In this document: piece after piece, positions 50,088-59,700 of the stretch
How positions within the stretch are numbered: position 1 is the stretch's first letter
How the letters are laid out: each line of letters begins with the position of its first letter
DNA from: a bacterium
GTDB taxonomy: Bacteria > Desulfobacterota_D > UBA1144
Direction: 5' to 3'
Length of the DNA: 64,000 bases
Assembly (NCBI GenBank): GCA_018654605.1
Contig: JABILG010000003.1
Location: 5,952 to 69,951 of the forward strand
The notes under the pieces: generated by a model
Database searches by the model: none
What the model was told of the DNA's origin: nothing
Seen by the model: only the letters and a program-made list of their open reading frames with translations
Program-made: the position numbers and the translations under genes

Positions 50088-51650
50088 CTATAAAGGAATT
50101 AGCCCATGTTTTTTTGGTGGATTATTTTGTCTCTTACCCTCGAGCATTTCAAAGGACCTGATAACCCTTATTCTTGTATCTTCAGGTTTTAATACTTCAT
50201 CTATGTAGCCTAGGTTCGCTGCTCTATAAGGATTTGCAAAAAGCTCTTTGTATTCTTCAACTAATTTTGCTTTTTCGGCAACAGGATCATCGGCATTTTG
50301 TATTTCTTTTCTGTTTACAATGTTGACCGCTCCGTCGGGTCCCATAACTGCAATCTCTGCAGTTGGGAACGCTAAGTTGATGTCTCCCCTTAAATGTTTA
50401 GATGACATAACATCGTATGCCCCACCATACGCTTTCCTCGTAATTACAGTAACTCTAGGAACAGTTGCTTCACAGTATGCGTAAAGTAGTTTTGCACCAT
50501 GAAGAATAATCCCATTTAATTCTTGGTCTACTCCAGGAAGGAATCCAGGGACATCTACTAGGGTTAACAGGGGAATATTAAAGCAATCGCAGAATCTTAC
50601 GAATCTAGCTCCCTTTATGGAAGATTTAATATCCAAAACTCCTGCCAGGACATTGGGTTGATTCCCAACCACACCAACAGTTTTTCCATTTAATCTAGCA
50701 AACCCTACTACAATATTTTGTGCATAATTTTCAGCAACTTCAAAAAAGTACTCATTGTCAACTATTGTGCTGATGACTTCTTTCATATCATAAGGCTTAT
50801 TGGGATTGGTAGGTACAATATCTCTTAATTTGTCTGTTTTTCTGTCAATAGGATCATCACTTTTTAAAACAGGAGGATCTTCCATATTATTTAGAGGCAA
50901 GAAGGTGAATAGCTCTCTTAATAGTTTAAGGCAATCCTCATCATTTTCAGCTGCAAACTGTGCTACACCACTTTGACTTGAGTGCATTTCTGCACCACCA
51001 AGCTCTTCTTGTGTTACTTCCTCATTTGTAACTGATTTTACTACATCTGGGCCAGTTATGAACATATAGCTCGTATTTTTTACCATTGCTATAAAATCTG
51101 TCATCGCCGGTGAGTAAACCGCACCACCTGCACTAGGTCCCATTATAGCTGAAAGTTGGGGAATAACCCCGGACGCTTGAACATTTCTTAGGAATATTTC
51201 TGCATATCCTGCAAGTCCACGGACACCTTCCTGAATCCTTGCTCCACCTGAGTCACTAAGTCCAATAACAGGGCACCCAACCCGAACGGCCATATCCATT
51301 ATTTTTGTTATTTTTCTTGCATGGGCTAGCCCAAGTGCTCCGCCGAAGATTGTAAAATCTTGAGCATAAACAAAAACTTGCCTATCATTTATCTTCCCAT
51401 ATCCTGTAATAACACCGTCACCTAAAAACTTTGTTTTTTCCATTCCAAAGTTGTGATTCTGGTGCTCAACAAATTTATCAAGTTCCACGAAGGAGTCGTT
51501 ATCTAGCATGAAATTTATTCTTTCTCTAGCTGTTAACTTTCCTCTATCATGTTGCTTGTCGACCCTATCTTTTCCACCTGCTTCATCAGCTGAAGCAATC
51601 TTGTCTTCTAGAAATTTGATTTTTTGGTCCATCGTTTGATCATTGCTCAT
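50088..51650 (-). CDS. pccB: Propionyl/acyl-CoA carboxylase carboxyltransferase beta subunit
   Basis: [56 protein letters not shown]. Confidence 0.92.
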   Translation of the reverse strand: MSNDQTMDQKIKFLEDKIASADEAGGKDRVDKQHDRGKLTARERINFMLDNDSFVELDKFVEHQNHNFGMEKTKFLGDGVITGYGKINDRQVFVYAQDFTIFGGALGLAHARKITKIMDMAVRVGCPVIGLSDSGGARIQEGVRGLAGYAEIFLRNVQASGVIPQLSAIMGPSAGGAVYSPAMTDFIAMVKNTSYMFITGPDVVKSVTNEEVTQEELGGAEMHSSQSGVAQFAAENDEDCLKLLRELFTFLPLNNMEDPPVLKSDDPIDRKTDKLRDIVPTNPNKPYDMKEVISTIVDNEYFFEVAENYAQNIVVGFARLNGKTVGVVGNQPNVLAGVLDIKSSIKGARFVRFCDCFNIPLLTLVDVPGFLPGVDQELNGIILHGAKLLYAYCEATVPRVTVITRKAYGGAYDVMSSKHLRGDINLAFPTAEIAVMGPDGAVNIVNRKEIQNADDPVAEKAKLVEEYKELFANPYRAANLGYIDEVLKPEDTRIRVIRSFEMLEGKRQNNPPKKHGLIPL

Positions 51651-51747
51651 TTAAAACCTCACGAAAATAATATTGCTAACTTAATTAATATAAATATTCT
51701 TAAATCTTATTAATAAAAAATTTAGTAATTAAGTAATAAAATATAAT

Positions 51748-52359
51748 CTAATAGACCAATTTATCCAGTACCAAATTTAATTGATGATTAAATTCCTTTA
51801 CATTAGAGTTGTTTCTTATTGTAAAATCAGCATATTTACGATTCTTTTCTATTATTTTTTGCATTAATAGTAGTTTTTTCGCCTCTTCTTCTTCAATCCC
51901 GTCCCTTCTTAGGATTCTTCCTTTTAATACTTTCTTTGGTGCATCAATATATATAATATAATTTAGCGAAGATCCAATCTTTGTTTGCTTGCTAATTAAT
52001 GCACCTTCAAAGAAGATTATTCTCTCACCCCCTTCTTTAAGCTTATTGCAAAGTATAGAGATTTGATTTCTTAACTCTGGATGAACTATTGAATTTAATG
52101 CTTCTCTGTCCTTTTTGTTGTTAAATACAATTTTTCTCAGCCTTCTTCTGTTGATTGTTTTATTGCTATTTAATATCCCATTTCCAAAAATTTTAATAAT
52201 CTGCTTGTAACATTTTGTACCTTTTTTTAGGAGCTTTTTGGCTTCAACATCTAAGTCACAGGTTTGAATTCCTTTATTTTTATAAAATTTTAGCGCTGTT
52301 GATTTCCCAGATCCCATTAGGCCGGTAATTCCTACGGTAGCTAAGCTTTTCTTTTTCAT
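51748..52359 (-). CDS. coaE: Dephospho-CoA kinase
   Basis: GITG.MGSGKST, NR..L..IVF, L..IVHP, ADF.I.NN. Confidence 0.92.
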   Translation of the reverse strand: MKKKSLATVGITGLMGSGKSTALKFYKNKGIQTCDLDVEAKKLLKKGTKCYKQIIKIFGNGILNSNKTINRRRLRKIVFNNKKDREALNSIVHPELRNQISILCNKLKEGGERIIFFEGALISKQTKIGSSLNYIIYIDAPKKVLKGRILRRDGIEEEEAKKLLLMQKIIEKNRKYADFTIRNNSNVKEFNHQLNLVLDKLVY

Positions 52360-53723
52360 GATTCTAGATAATGCTCAATTCTTTTTGAAAAAATTTCTTT
52401 ACCTAATATGGAAATTACTTCAAAAATACCTGGCGAAGCTTTAGACCCTGTAAGAATAATCCTAAGTGGCAAAGCGATTTGCTTCATTTTTAGGCCCCTT
52501 TTTTCAAGAAAAATATTCATGCAATCCTTTATTTCTTTTATCTCGAAGGATTTTAAATCTAAAGCATCAGTATAAAATGCTTCAATAATTTCTTTAGTGT
52601 CTTTTGTATAAAGGTCATCTATAAATTCATCACCTATTTTTATTAGTTCTGATTCACAAAATTTGAGAGATTCATTAAGCATTATGGTATCTTTTGCCTT
52701 TACTTTTGCAGAGCTCAAGGCGAGATCTATGTTTATTCCTTGGTAAAAATCTACCTTAACAACTTTCAGTAAATCGTTATTACTTAGTCTTTTTAAGTGT
52801 TGAGAATTTACCCATTTTAACTTGTCCTCATCAAATATTGCAGGAGATTTGGTAAGATTGTTTATGTCAAATAAATCAACCATTTCATCTAAGGTAAAGA
52901 TTTCCTGATCACCATGTGACCATCCCAATCGGGCTAGATAGTTTAATATTGCTATAGGCAATATCCCTTCATCTTTAAAATCTTGAATAGACTTTGATCC
53001 ATTTCTTTTGCTGAGCTTTGTTTTATCTTTTCCAAGTATCATTGAAACATGAGTAAATAGGGGTGGCTTTTTATTTAATGAGTCAAAAATCAGAGTTTGC
53101 TTAGATGTATTAGACAAGTGGTCTTCACCCCTTATAACATTAGTTATGCCCATTTCTGCATCATCTATTACCGTTGAAAAATTATATGTAGGATATCCAT
53201 CACTTTTTAGTATTATGAAATCATCAAGATTATCTGAACCAATCTTGATTGTACCCCTTAATGTGTCACTAAATTCGATAATATGACTATCAGGAGTTTT
53301 AAACCTTATTACATATTTAGCATTTTCCGGGTGGTCCGTCCTATCTCTCCATGTCCTAGGATACCTATACACCTTCTTTTCTTTTGCTGCTTGATTCTTC
53401 AGCTCTTCAATCTCCTCGTTTTTCATAAAGCATTTATATGCAAGGTTTTTATCAACTAAGTCCTGCGCAATCTTTTTATATATAGATAATCTATCAGACT
53501 GAATATGTGGGCCATCATCATAATCTACCCCAAGCCAATTGAGGGACTTGAGAATTTCATCTAAAGAATCATTAGTTGATCTTTCTTGGTCAGTATCTTC
53601 AATTCTTAGAATAAATTTACCTTTATTCCTTTTTGTAAAAAGAAAATTGAAAATGGCAGTCCTAACTGCTCCTAGATGGAGGGAGCCTGTAGGGCTCGGC
53701 GCGAATCTTGTAATTATATTCAT
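52356..53723 (-). CDS. gltX: Glutamate--tRNA ligase
   Basis: RFAPSPTG.LHLG, LRIEDTD, PTYN, RGEDH, KLSKR. Confidence 0.96.
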   Translation of the reverse strand: MNIITRFAPSPTGSLHLGAVRTAIFNFLFTKRNKGKFILRIEDTDQERSTNDSLDEILKSLNWLGVDYDDGPHIQSDRLSIYKKIAQDLVDKNLAYKCFMKNEEIEELKNQAAKEKKVYRYPRTWRDRTDHPENAKYVIRFKTPDSHIIEFSDTLRGTIKIGSDNLDDFIILKSDGYPTYNFSTVIDDAEMGITNVIRGEDHLSNTSKQTLIFDSLNKKPPLFTHVSMILGKDKTKLSKRNGSKSIQDFKDEGILPIAILNYLARLGWSHGDQEIFTLDEMVDLFDINNLTKSPAIFDEDKLKWVNSQHLKRLSNNDLLKVVKVDFYQGINIDLALSSAKVKAKDTIMLNESLKFCESELIKIGDEFIDDLYTKDTKEIIEAFYTDALDLKSFEIKEIKDCMNIFLEKRGLKMKQIALPLRIILTGSKASPGIFEVISILGKEIFSKRIEHYLES

Positions 53724-53756
53724 AACTTTAATATATAGTATATTAGGTTCGATATT

Positions 53757-54305
53757 TTAGAAATTTTTTCGTATTAACTGATAAGAAATGCTTCCGACAA
53801 GAGCATATGAAGTTATCAATATTAGAGAAATATAAATATCATCCCAACGGTGAATAAAGCCAATTCCTTGAGAGTAAACTATAGAAACCCAGCCAAAACA
53901 AGAAATTAATAAAAGTGAGAAAATAGCGGTATTTTCTGGTATAAGATTTTTTTTAATTGATATTGCTAGAGATATAAATATAACTAAGATACTTAATATG
54001 GATATTGCATTAGAGGAGGCGGGGATATTTAATTTTACTAGTAATAAATAGTCTAAATATGAAAAATTAATACTTGAGCCCCCAATTGAGACTAGAGCTA
54101 GTGAATGAATCTTCGTTAGGAAGCAAAAACCTATACCAAAGGATAATCCCAAAATAGACCAACTAGAAATAGTTAAAAGTAAGAACCAGAGATTTAATTT
54201 GAGAGTCTTCTTGGAGGCCCACCCAAAACAATTGATAAATATGACAAGAATATGAAGGATATTAAAGACTGTATCTGTGATGATATAAAAAAAGTTATTA
54301 GTCAT
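53757..54305 (-). CDS. Membrane protein, DUF2784-like
   Basis: H......N.FGW, SW..LG...G.G.C.LT pattern; about 5-6 TM helices. Confidence 0.6.
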   Translation of the reverse strand: MTNNFFYIITDTVFNILHILVIFINCFGWASKKTLKLNLWFLLLTISSWSILGLSFGIGFCFLTKIHSLALVSIGGSSINFSYLDYLLLVKLNIPASSNAISILSILVIFISLAISIKKNLIPENTAIFSLLLISCFGWVSIVYSQGIGFIHRWDDIYISLILITSYALVGSISYQLIRKNF

Positions 54306-54335
54306 ATCCTTTATACTATATGATAGATTATAAAA

Positions 54336-54743
54336 ATGGGCGTTTTAGCAATTGATTTTGGATTAAAGAGAATTGGTGTTGCAGGTAGTGATGATCTAGG
54401 AATTGCTAGCCACCCAATAAAGCTGGTCTTCAATGATAGTAAAGAAGAATATTTTAATGAGATTGTTTCAATAATAAATGAAAGAAACCCCGAGTTAATT
54501 TTGGTCGGTTTGCCAATTAAAGACGATGGAAGATTGAAAATTCAGACAGATATAGAGAATTTTACTAAAAAATTAAAGAATCTAATAGATGTTGAGGTTA
54601 AATATTGGAATGAAAATTTTACCTCTAAAGAAGCTGATGAGATATTAATCAAGATGAACGTTTCAAGGAAGAAAAGAAAGAGTTTTCAGGATATGTTGGC
54701 AGCTTGCCTTATTATTGATAGTTACCTTAGGAGCTTAAGATGA
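54336..54743 (+). CDS. yqgF: YqgF/RuvX pre-16S rRNA nuclease
   Basis: LAIDFG.KRIG.A.SD, VGLP, NE..TS..A, D..AA..I..SYL. Confidence 0.92.
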   Translation: MGVLAIDFGLKRIGVAGSDDLGIASHPIKLVFNDSKEEYFNEIVSIINERNPELILVGLPIKDDGRLKIQTDIENFTKKLKNLIDVEVKYWNENFTSKEADEILIKMNVSRKKRKSFQDMLAACLIIDSYLRSLR

Positions 54744-55531
54744 ATATCCTAAATACAAAGTTAGGTAGAATTAATTATGTTGTAAAGCATCAACCAAAAA
54801 AACCTTACATTTTCTTTATTGGTGGTCTTGGCAGTACTATTTCAAGCTGGGACGATCAGTTTGAATACTTTAAGAAATCTTTCTCAATGATTGCTTTTGA
54901 TAATCTTGGCTCTGGTAAAAGCAGTAACATTGATAGACCTTTAACTATGGAAATTTATGCGGATAGTTGCTTAGAGATCCTTCAGCAGTTAAAAATAAAA
55001 AAGGTACATGTTATTGGGAAGTCTATGGGGGGCATGATAGCTCAAGTCTTTGCTGCCAAATATAGTAGAAAAGTAAAGAAACTTGTTTTGGCATGTACAT
55101 GCTCTTCTAGAGACAGAATAAACCAGGAGATAATCGATGTATCTGAAAAAATAGTTTCTAAAGTAGGAATGAAGGAGATTTGGTTTAACGCAATGCTTCT
55201 GGGGTATTCAAGAGATTATGTTAAAGCGAATTTTTCAAAATATAAGAAAACAAAGTTTAGTGACTCAAAAGAGGAAATAAAAGGATACTTAAATCAGTGT
55301 AAAGCAATAAGTAAGTTGGACAATAACTACTACCTCTCACAGATTAAGTCAGATACTTTGATAATATATGGTAAGAATGATTTAATCGTACCCCCAGAAA
55401 AGTCTTGCGAAATGGCTAGGTTTATTAGCAATAATCAGGTTATATCTTTTCCAGGTGGACATGGCTTCTGGAAAGAAAATAAAGAATTAGTTAATCCTGA
55501 AGTGTTAGAATTCTTAATTAATAAGAGTTGA
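54740..55531 (+). CDS. Alpha/beta hydrolase
   Basis: D..G.G.S, nucleophile motif GKSMGG, G..D, GGH catalytic triad. Confidence 0.9.
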   Translation: MNILNTKLGRINYVVKHQPKKPYIFFIGGLGSTISSWDDQFEYFKKSFSMIAFDNLGSGKSSNIDRPLTMEIYADSCLEILQQLKIKKVHVIGKSMGGMIAQVFAAKYSRKVKKLVLACTCSSRDRINQEIIDVSEKIVSKVGMKEIWFNAMLLGYSRDYVKANFSKYKKTKFSDSKEEIKGYLNQCKAISKLDNNYYLSQIKSDTLIIYGKNDLIVPPEKSCEMARFISNNQVISFPGGHGFWKENKELVNPEVLEFLINKS

Positions 55532-56203
55532 ATTGCTATCGGGCGTTTCAATCTTACCGGATAGAATTTCTATCCTCGATTCTAATACGGCGATAATCTT
55601 TTCAGCTCTTATTCTTTCGTCAAGCTCCTCAAGGAGTGATTGTCTGTCTGAAGCTTTTGCAACCATGGAAGAGGAAAGAGAGTCTGTAATTTTTGAAAGG
55701 GTGGAACTATTTTCTATCTTTATTTTATAGTCATCTGTGTACCCATCTAGCAATAGGTTCCACTTGTTAATTAATTCCATGATTCTTTTTTTAAAAGCTT
55801 CAGAGTTATCAGAGTAAGTAGTCTCTATTATTTTAATCTCAACTTCTCTGTACGGCTTATCATATAGTACCTTAGTAATTTCTATTCTTTTTAATCCGTA
55901 AAGAATTATATTTTTTTTACCATCTTCGGATTCTTCATTATTTATTATTCTACCAATACAACCTGTAGTTGATAATGATTCAGAATCCTCATCACCCATC
56001 TCTGTATTTAGTAATGTCATACAAATTAAGTTATGGCTAATGGATGAATCTTGAACCATTTGTTTGTATCTATCTTCAAATATATGAAGGGGTAAGATAG
56101 TGCTAGGAAAGAAGACAACGTTATCAAGTGGAAACAAGGGAAGTTTCTTTGGCAGCGAGGAAATAATTTTGTCTTCATCAAAGTCTAAGAATAGAGTCTT
56201 CAT
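55514..56203 (-). CDS. Stand-alone LON peptidase substrate-binding domain protein
   Basis: LPLFPL..VVFFP...LPLHIFE.RY..MV; no ATPase or protease domain. Confidence 0.88.
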   Translation of the reverse strand: MKTLFLDFDEDKIISSLPKKLPLFPLDNVVFFPSTILPLHIFEDRYKQMVQDSSISHNLICMTLLNTEMGDEDSESLSTTGCIGRIINNEESEDGKKNIILYGLKRIEITKVLYDKPYREVEIKIIETTYSDNSEAFKKRIMELINKWNLLLDGYTDDYKIKIENSSTLSKITDSLSSSMVAKASDRQSLLEELDERIRAEKIIAVLESRIEILSGKIETPDSNSTLIN

Positions 56204-56209
56204 ATTATT

Positions 56210-56242
56210 ATTATACCAACAGTTATAAAAATTTATTATAAT
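56210..56242. promoter_or_regulatory. Back-to-back leaderless -10 promoters
   Basis: Plus strand: TATAAT (56237-56242), 6 nt, ATG 56249. Minus strand: TGGTATAAT (56218-56210), 6 nt, ATG 56203. Confidence 0.6.
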
Positions 56243-56248
56243 TCTATT

Positions 56249-57367
56249 ATGAAAAATAATATAGAAACAATTGATGGTAAACTTTTAATGGGACCTGGTC
56301 CTACAAATATCGATAGAAGAATAAAGTCTGCTTTATCAAGGGAGCCCTTGAGTCATTTAGACCCAGATTTTTTCTCAATTTTAGATAATATATCTTCTTC
56401 TTTAAGAAGAGTGTTTAAAACAAACAACAAGGTGACCTTTGCTGTATCCGGGACAGGTAGTTCTGGTATGGAGATGGCAATGACAAATTTAATTGAGCCT
56501 GGAGACGAGGTCCTAGTTCTAAAGAATGGGGAATTCGGAAATAGGATGGAGAATCTTGCCCAGAGGCTTAAAGCAAAGGTCTCAGTAATGTCTACTAAAT
56601 GGGGAGAGTCTTTTGAACAATCTTTAGTTATAGAAAAGATTAAATCTATGCCTAATTTGAAATTAGTTAGCGTTGTTCATGCCGAAACTTCTACCGGAGT
56701 ACTTCAGGAAATTGACTTAATAGGAAAGTATCTAAAGAGTACTGATATAATTTTTTTGGTGGATGCCGTAACTTCCTTAACTGGAGTAAATTTAGAAGTA
56801 GATGAGTGGGGAATCGATTCTTGTTTCTCAGGTAGTCAGAAATGTCTTAGTGTTCCACCTGGACTAGCTCCAATAACATTTAATGAGAAAGCACTCTTAA
56901 AGGTTAAGAATAGAAAGAATTTAAATAGTTCATGGTATTTTGATTTAAAAATGCTGATTAACTATTGGGGCGAGGAGAGAGTCTATCATCACACAGCACC
57001 TGTCAATATGCTTTTTGCTTTAAATGAGGGACTTTCTATTTGCCTGCAAGAAGGATTGGAAAAAAGATTCGAAAGACATAAATCCAATAGTGAATATTTC
57101 ATGACTTTATTAAAACAAGTTGGACTCAAGTCTTTTGTAGATGAAGAAAAATTTAAAGCTCTTCCTGTTCTGAAATCCGTTATTATCCCAAAAGGAATGA
57201 ATGACAAAGAGTTAAGATCAAAGATGTTAATTAATCATGATATTGAGATTGGTGGTGGTTTAGGCCCAACTAAGGGTCAGATATGGAGATTTGGTTTAAT
57301 GGGATTTAACTCTAAAAAAGAATTTATAGATGAGCTTTTTCGAAAGCTAGCTTTGTATATAAATTAA
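56249..57367 (+). CDS. Alanine/serine-glyoxylate aminotransferase (class V PLP)
   Basis: LMGPGP, SGTGS.GME, HAETSTG, DAVTS, SQKCLS.PPG, YHHT. Confidence 0.92.
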   Translation: MKNNIETIDGKLLMGPGPTNIDRRIKSALSREPLSHLDPDFFSILDNISSSLRRVFKTNNKVTFAVSGTGSSGMEMAMTNLIEPGDEVLVLKNGEFGNRMENLAQRLKAKVSVMSTKWGESFEQSLVIEKIKSMPNLKLVSVVHAETSTGVLQEIDLIGKYLKSTDIIFLVDAVTSLTGVNLEVDEWGIDSCFSGSQKCLSVPPGLAPITFNEKALLKVKNRKNLNSSWYFDLKMLINYWGEERVYHHTAPVNMLFALNEGLSICLQEGLEKRFERHKSNSEYFMTLLKQVGLKSFVDEEKFKALPVLKSVIIPKGMNDKELRSKMLINHDIEIGGGLGPTKGQIWRFGLMGFNSKKEFIDELFRKLALYIN

Positions 57368-57415
57368 CTATTTGAATAACTTTAAAATTGATTTATCATT
57401 TTCTAACATTCCAAA

Positions 57416-58393
57416 ATGCTTGATGAATCTTATATTGAAGAATTAGTTAAAAAAAAGTTTCCTTTAAAGTCCACTATATTTCCAACTGGAATAGGTGACG
57501 ATGCAGCAGTATTTAAGATTAAATCTGATAAGATTGTTTTTTCTTGTGATTCACAAGTCGAGGGTATTCATTTTGACCTTAAATATCTAACCCCTGAACA
57601 GTTAGCATTTAGGGCGTTATCTGTAGCTTTAAGCGACTTATGTGCAATGGGTGCAAAACCTAAGTTCTTCTCTAACTCACTTTTTTTACCAAAAAGAACT
57701 TCAAAAGCTTTTATAAATAAGTTATTCAACGGTTTTAAGAATGGATGCAACTATTATAGTGTAGATCTTGTTGGTGGCAATGTTTCTATGTCCGAATCTC
57801 TCATGCTAGATATAGGTGTTTTTGGTGAAGTTTTAAATGATAGATTTAAAGAAAGGAAAGCAAGTAGAGTTGGCGATTTAATTTATGTAACAGGGAAAAT
57901 TGGTGATGGATCCTTAGGCTTAGATTTACTTAGGAAAAAAAAGAGATTTACTTTTAAAGAAAAATTAATTATATCCAAGTATAAATCTCCACGTGCGAGG
58001 GTTAAATTAGGACTATTCTTGGGCCAGTTAAAATTTCTAACCTCAATGATTGATATCACAGATGGACTATCTTTAGATTTAAGAAGGCTTTTAGGCCCAA
58101 TTTCTTCAGGTAGAGGAGCTACACTAATATGGGAGGATATACCTAAAACAGATTGTATCTCGTCTCCAGTGAGCACAAGTAAATTAATGAAAAGTGTTTT
58201 GAGTGGCGGCGATGATTATGAATTGTTGTTTACTATAAAAAAGACAAGAGCTAAGCATTTCGAAGATTTGTGTAAAAAAAATAATTTCAAAGTATTTAGG
58301 ATAGGATTTGTTGATTCAACAGCAAATCTATCCTTGATTAGGGGAGGTAGGGCTATTAGTTTAAAATCCCAAGGATTTGTCCACAGATTTTAA
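57416..58393 (+). CDS. thiL: Thiamine-monophosphate kinase
   Basis: GIGDDAA, EG.HF, SDL.AMGA.P, GGN, DITDGL, GGDDYELLFT. Confidence 0.93.
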   Translation: MLDESYIEELVKKKFPLKSTIFPTGIGDDAAVFKIKSDKIVFSCDSQVEGIHFDLKYLTPEQLAFRALSVALSDLCAMGAKPKFFSNSLFLPKRTSKAFINKLFNGFKNGCNYYSVDLVGGNVSMSESLMLDIGVFGEVLNDRFKERKASRVGDLIYVTGKIGDGSLGLDLLRKKKRFTFKEKLIISKYKSPRARVKLGLFLGQLKFLTSMIDITDGLSLDLRRLLGPISSGRGATLIWEDIPKTDCISSPVSTSKLMKSVLSGGDDYELLFTIKKTRAKHFEDLCKKNNFKVFRIGFVDSTANLSLIRGGRAISLKSQGFVHRF

Positions 58394-59700
58394 TGAGTGA
58401 CCAGTATGTGTTTTTCTTAGTAATATCTCTACTAGTACTTCTTTCGGCTTTTTTTTCTATAACAGAGAGCTCTATCTTTTCACTTCAAAGGTACCAAATT
58501 AACTTAATAAAAAAGAAATCTTCATCTGGAAAACTTCTGGAAACTTTTCTGAATAATCCTGGAACAATTATCGCTACGATTTTACTTTTAGATGAAATAA
58601 TTAATGTCTCTATTGCTAGTTTAATTTCTTCAAAATTACACAATTCTTTAGATGGAAGATTATCTAATCAGCTAATATCCGTAATTGCTATATTTGTTAC
58701 TTCCATATTAATCTTGGTCTTTTGCGAAATTATCCCTAAGACTATTGGTGTAAAATTTTCTAGAAGACTTTCTATAGCTATTGCACCTATTATTTATTAT
58801 ATCAATAAAATAATGTTTCCAGTTACTTTTGTTTTTAATTCTCTTTCAAGGTATCTGATAAATCTTACAAGTCCTCTAGTTGTTGAATCTGAGAATATCC
58901 ACGATAGTGATTCTAAGGTTACAAGTCTTATTGACATTGGTGAAGATGAAGGTTCCGTTAAAAGAAGTGAAAGTAAGATTATAGATAATTTATTAAATCT
59001 TCAAAAAATTAACTTAATTAAAATATTAACACCTGAACCTGATCTTTTAACTCTCCCTTATAATATCAGTAAGAGCTTAGCATTAGTCGAAATACAGAAG
59101 AGAAGATTATCAAGGATTCCAATATATAAGGGGGACAGTGATAATGTAATCGGGATTCTCCACTCTAAAGATTTACTTAATCATAAGATGGATGATATTG
59201 CTTCAATATTACATGAGCCTTATTTCGTGCCAGACAAAAAAAATGTTCTTGAATTACTTCAGGAATTTCAGGTGAAGAAGATTCATATAGCTATAGTTCT
59301 AGATGAATATGGAAGATTAGAAGGCGTTGTCACTTTAGAAGATATATTAAAAGAAATTTTTGGTCAAATTGAATATGAAAAACAACTTGATAGCAGCAAT
59401 ATGAACTATATTAATAATATTCTTGAAGTTAGTGGTGGACTAAGAATCAATGATTTTAATTCATCTTGCCTATATGCCGCCTTGAGACCAGGCGGTCTTA
59501 AATCTTTAGGTTATGAGATTGAGCGCTCCTTTCTTCCTGAAGATTTAGATATTGAAACTGTCGGTGGTTTTATTTTCACTAATATCGGAAGACTGCCTAT
59601 GAAAGGTGAGAGTATAATAAGAGGCAATATTAAACTAACAGTACTTAAAATAGAAAATAATAGAATAACTAAAATCAAAGTCGAGAGGGTTGAAAATTAA
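58393..59700 (+). CDS. CNNM/CorB (hemolysin-like) DUF21-CBS-CorC protein
   Basis: SAFFS..E, EIIPK, SRIPIY, VLDEYG...G.VT.ED, ETVGG C-terminal domain. Confidence 0.9.
   Translation: MSDQYVFFLVISLLVLLSAFFSITESSIFSLQRYQINLIKKKSSSGKLLETFLNNPGTIIATILLLDEIINVSIASLISSKLHNSLDGRLSNQLISVIAIFVTSILILVFCEIIPKTIGVKFSRRLSIAIAPIIYYINKIMFPVTFVFNSLSRYLINLTSPLVVESENIHDSDSKVTSLIDIGEDEGSVKRSESKIIDNLLNLQKINLIKILTPEPDLLTLPYNISKSLALVEIQKRRLSRIPIYKGDSDNVIGILHSKDLLNHKMDDIASILHEPYFVPDKKNVLELLQEFQVKKIHIAIVLDEYGRLEGVVTLEDILKEIFGQIEYEKQLDSSNMNYINNILEVSGGLRINDFNSSCLYAALRPGGLKSLGYEIERSFLPEDLDIETVGGFIFTNIGRLPMKGESIIRGNIKLTVLKIENNRITKIKVERVEN

Noticed and set aside
51651-51747. Very AT-rich intergenic stretch as a possible origin or sRNA
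   Set aside because: No DnaA boxes, repeats or stable hairpin were seen; it is consistent with the pccB promoter region.
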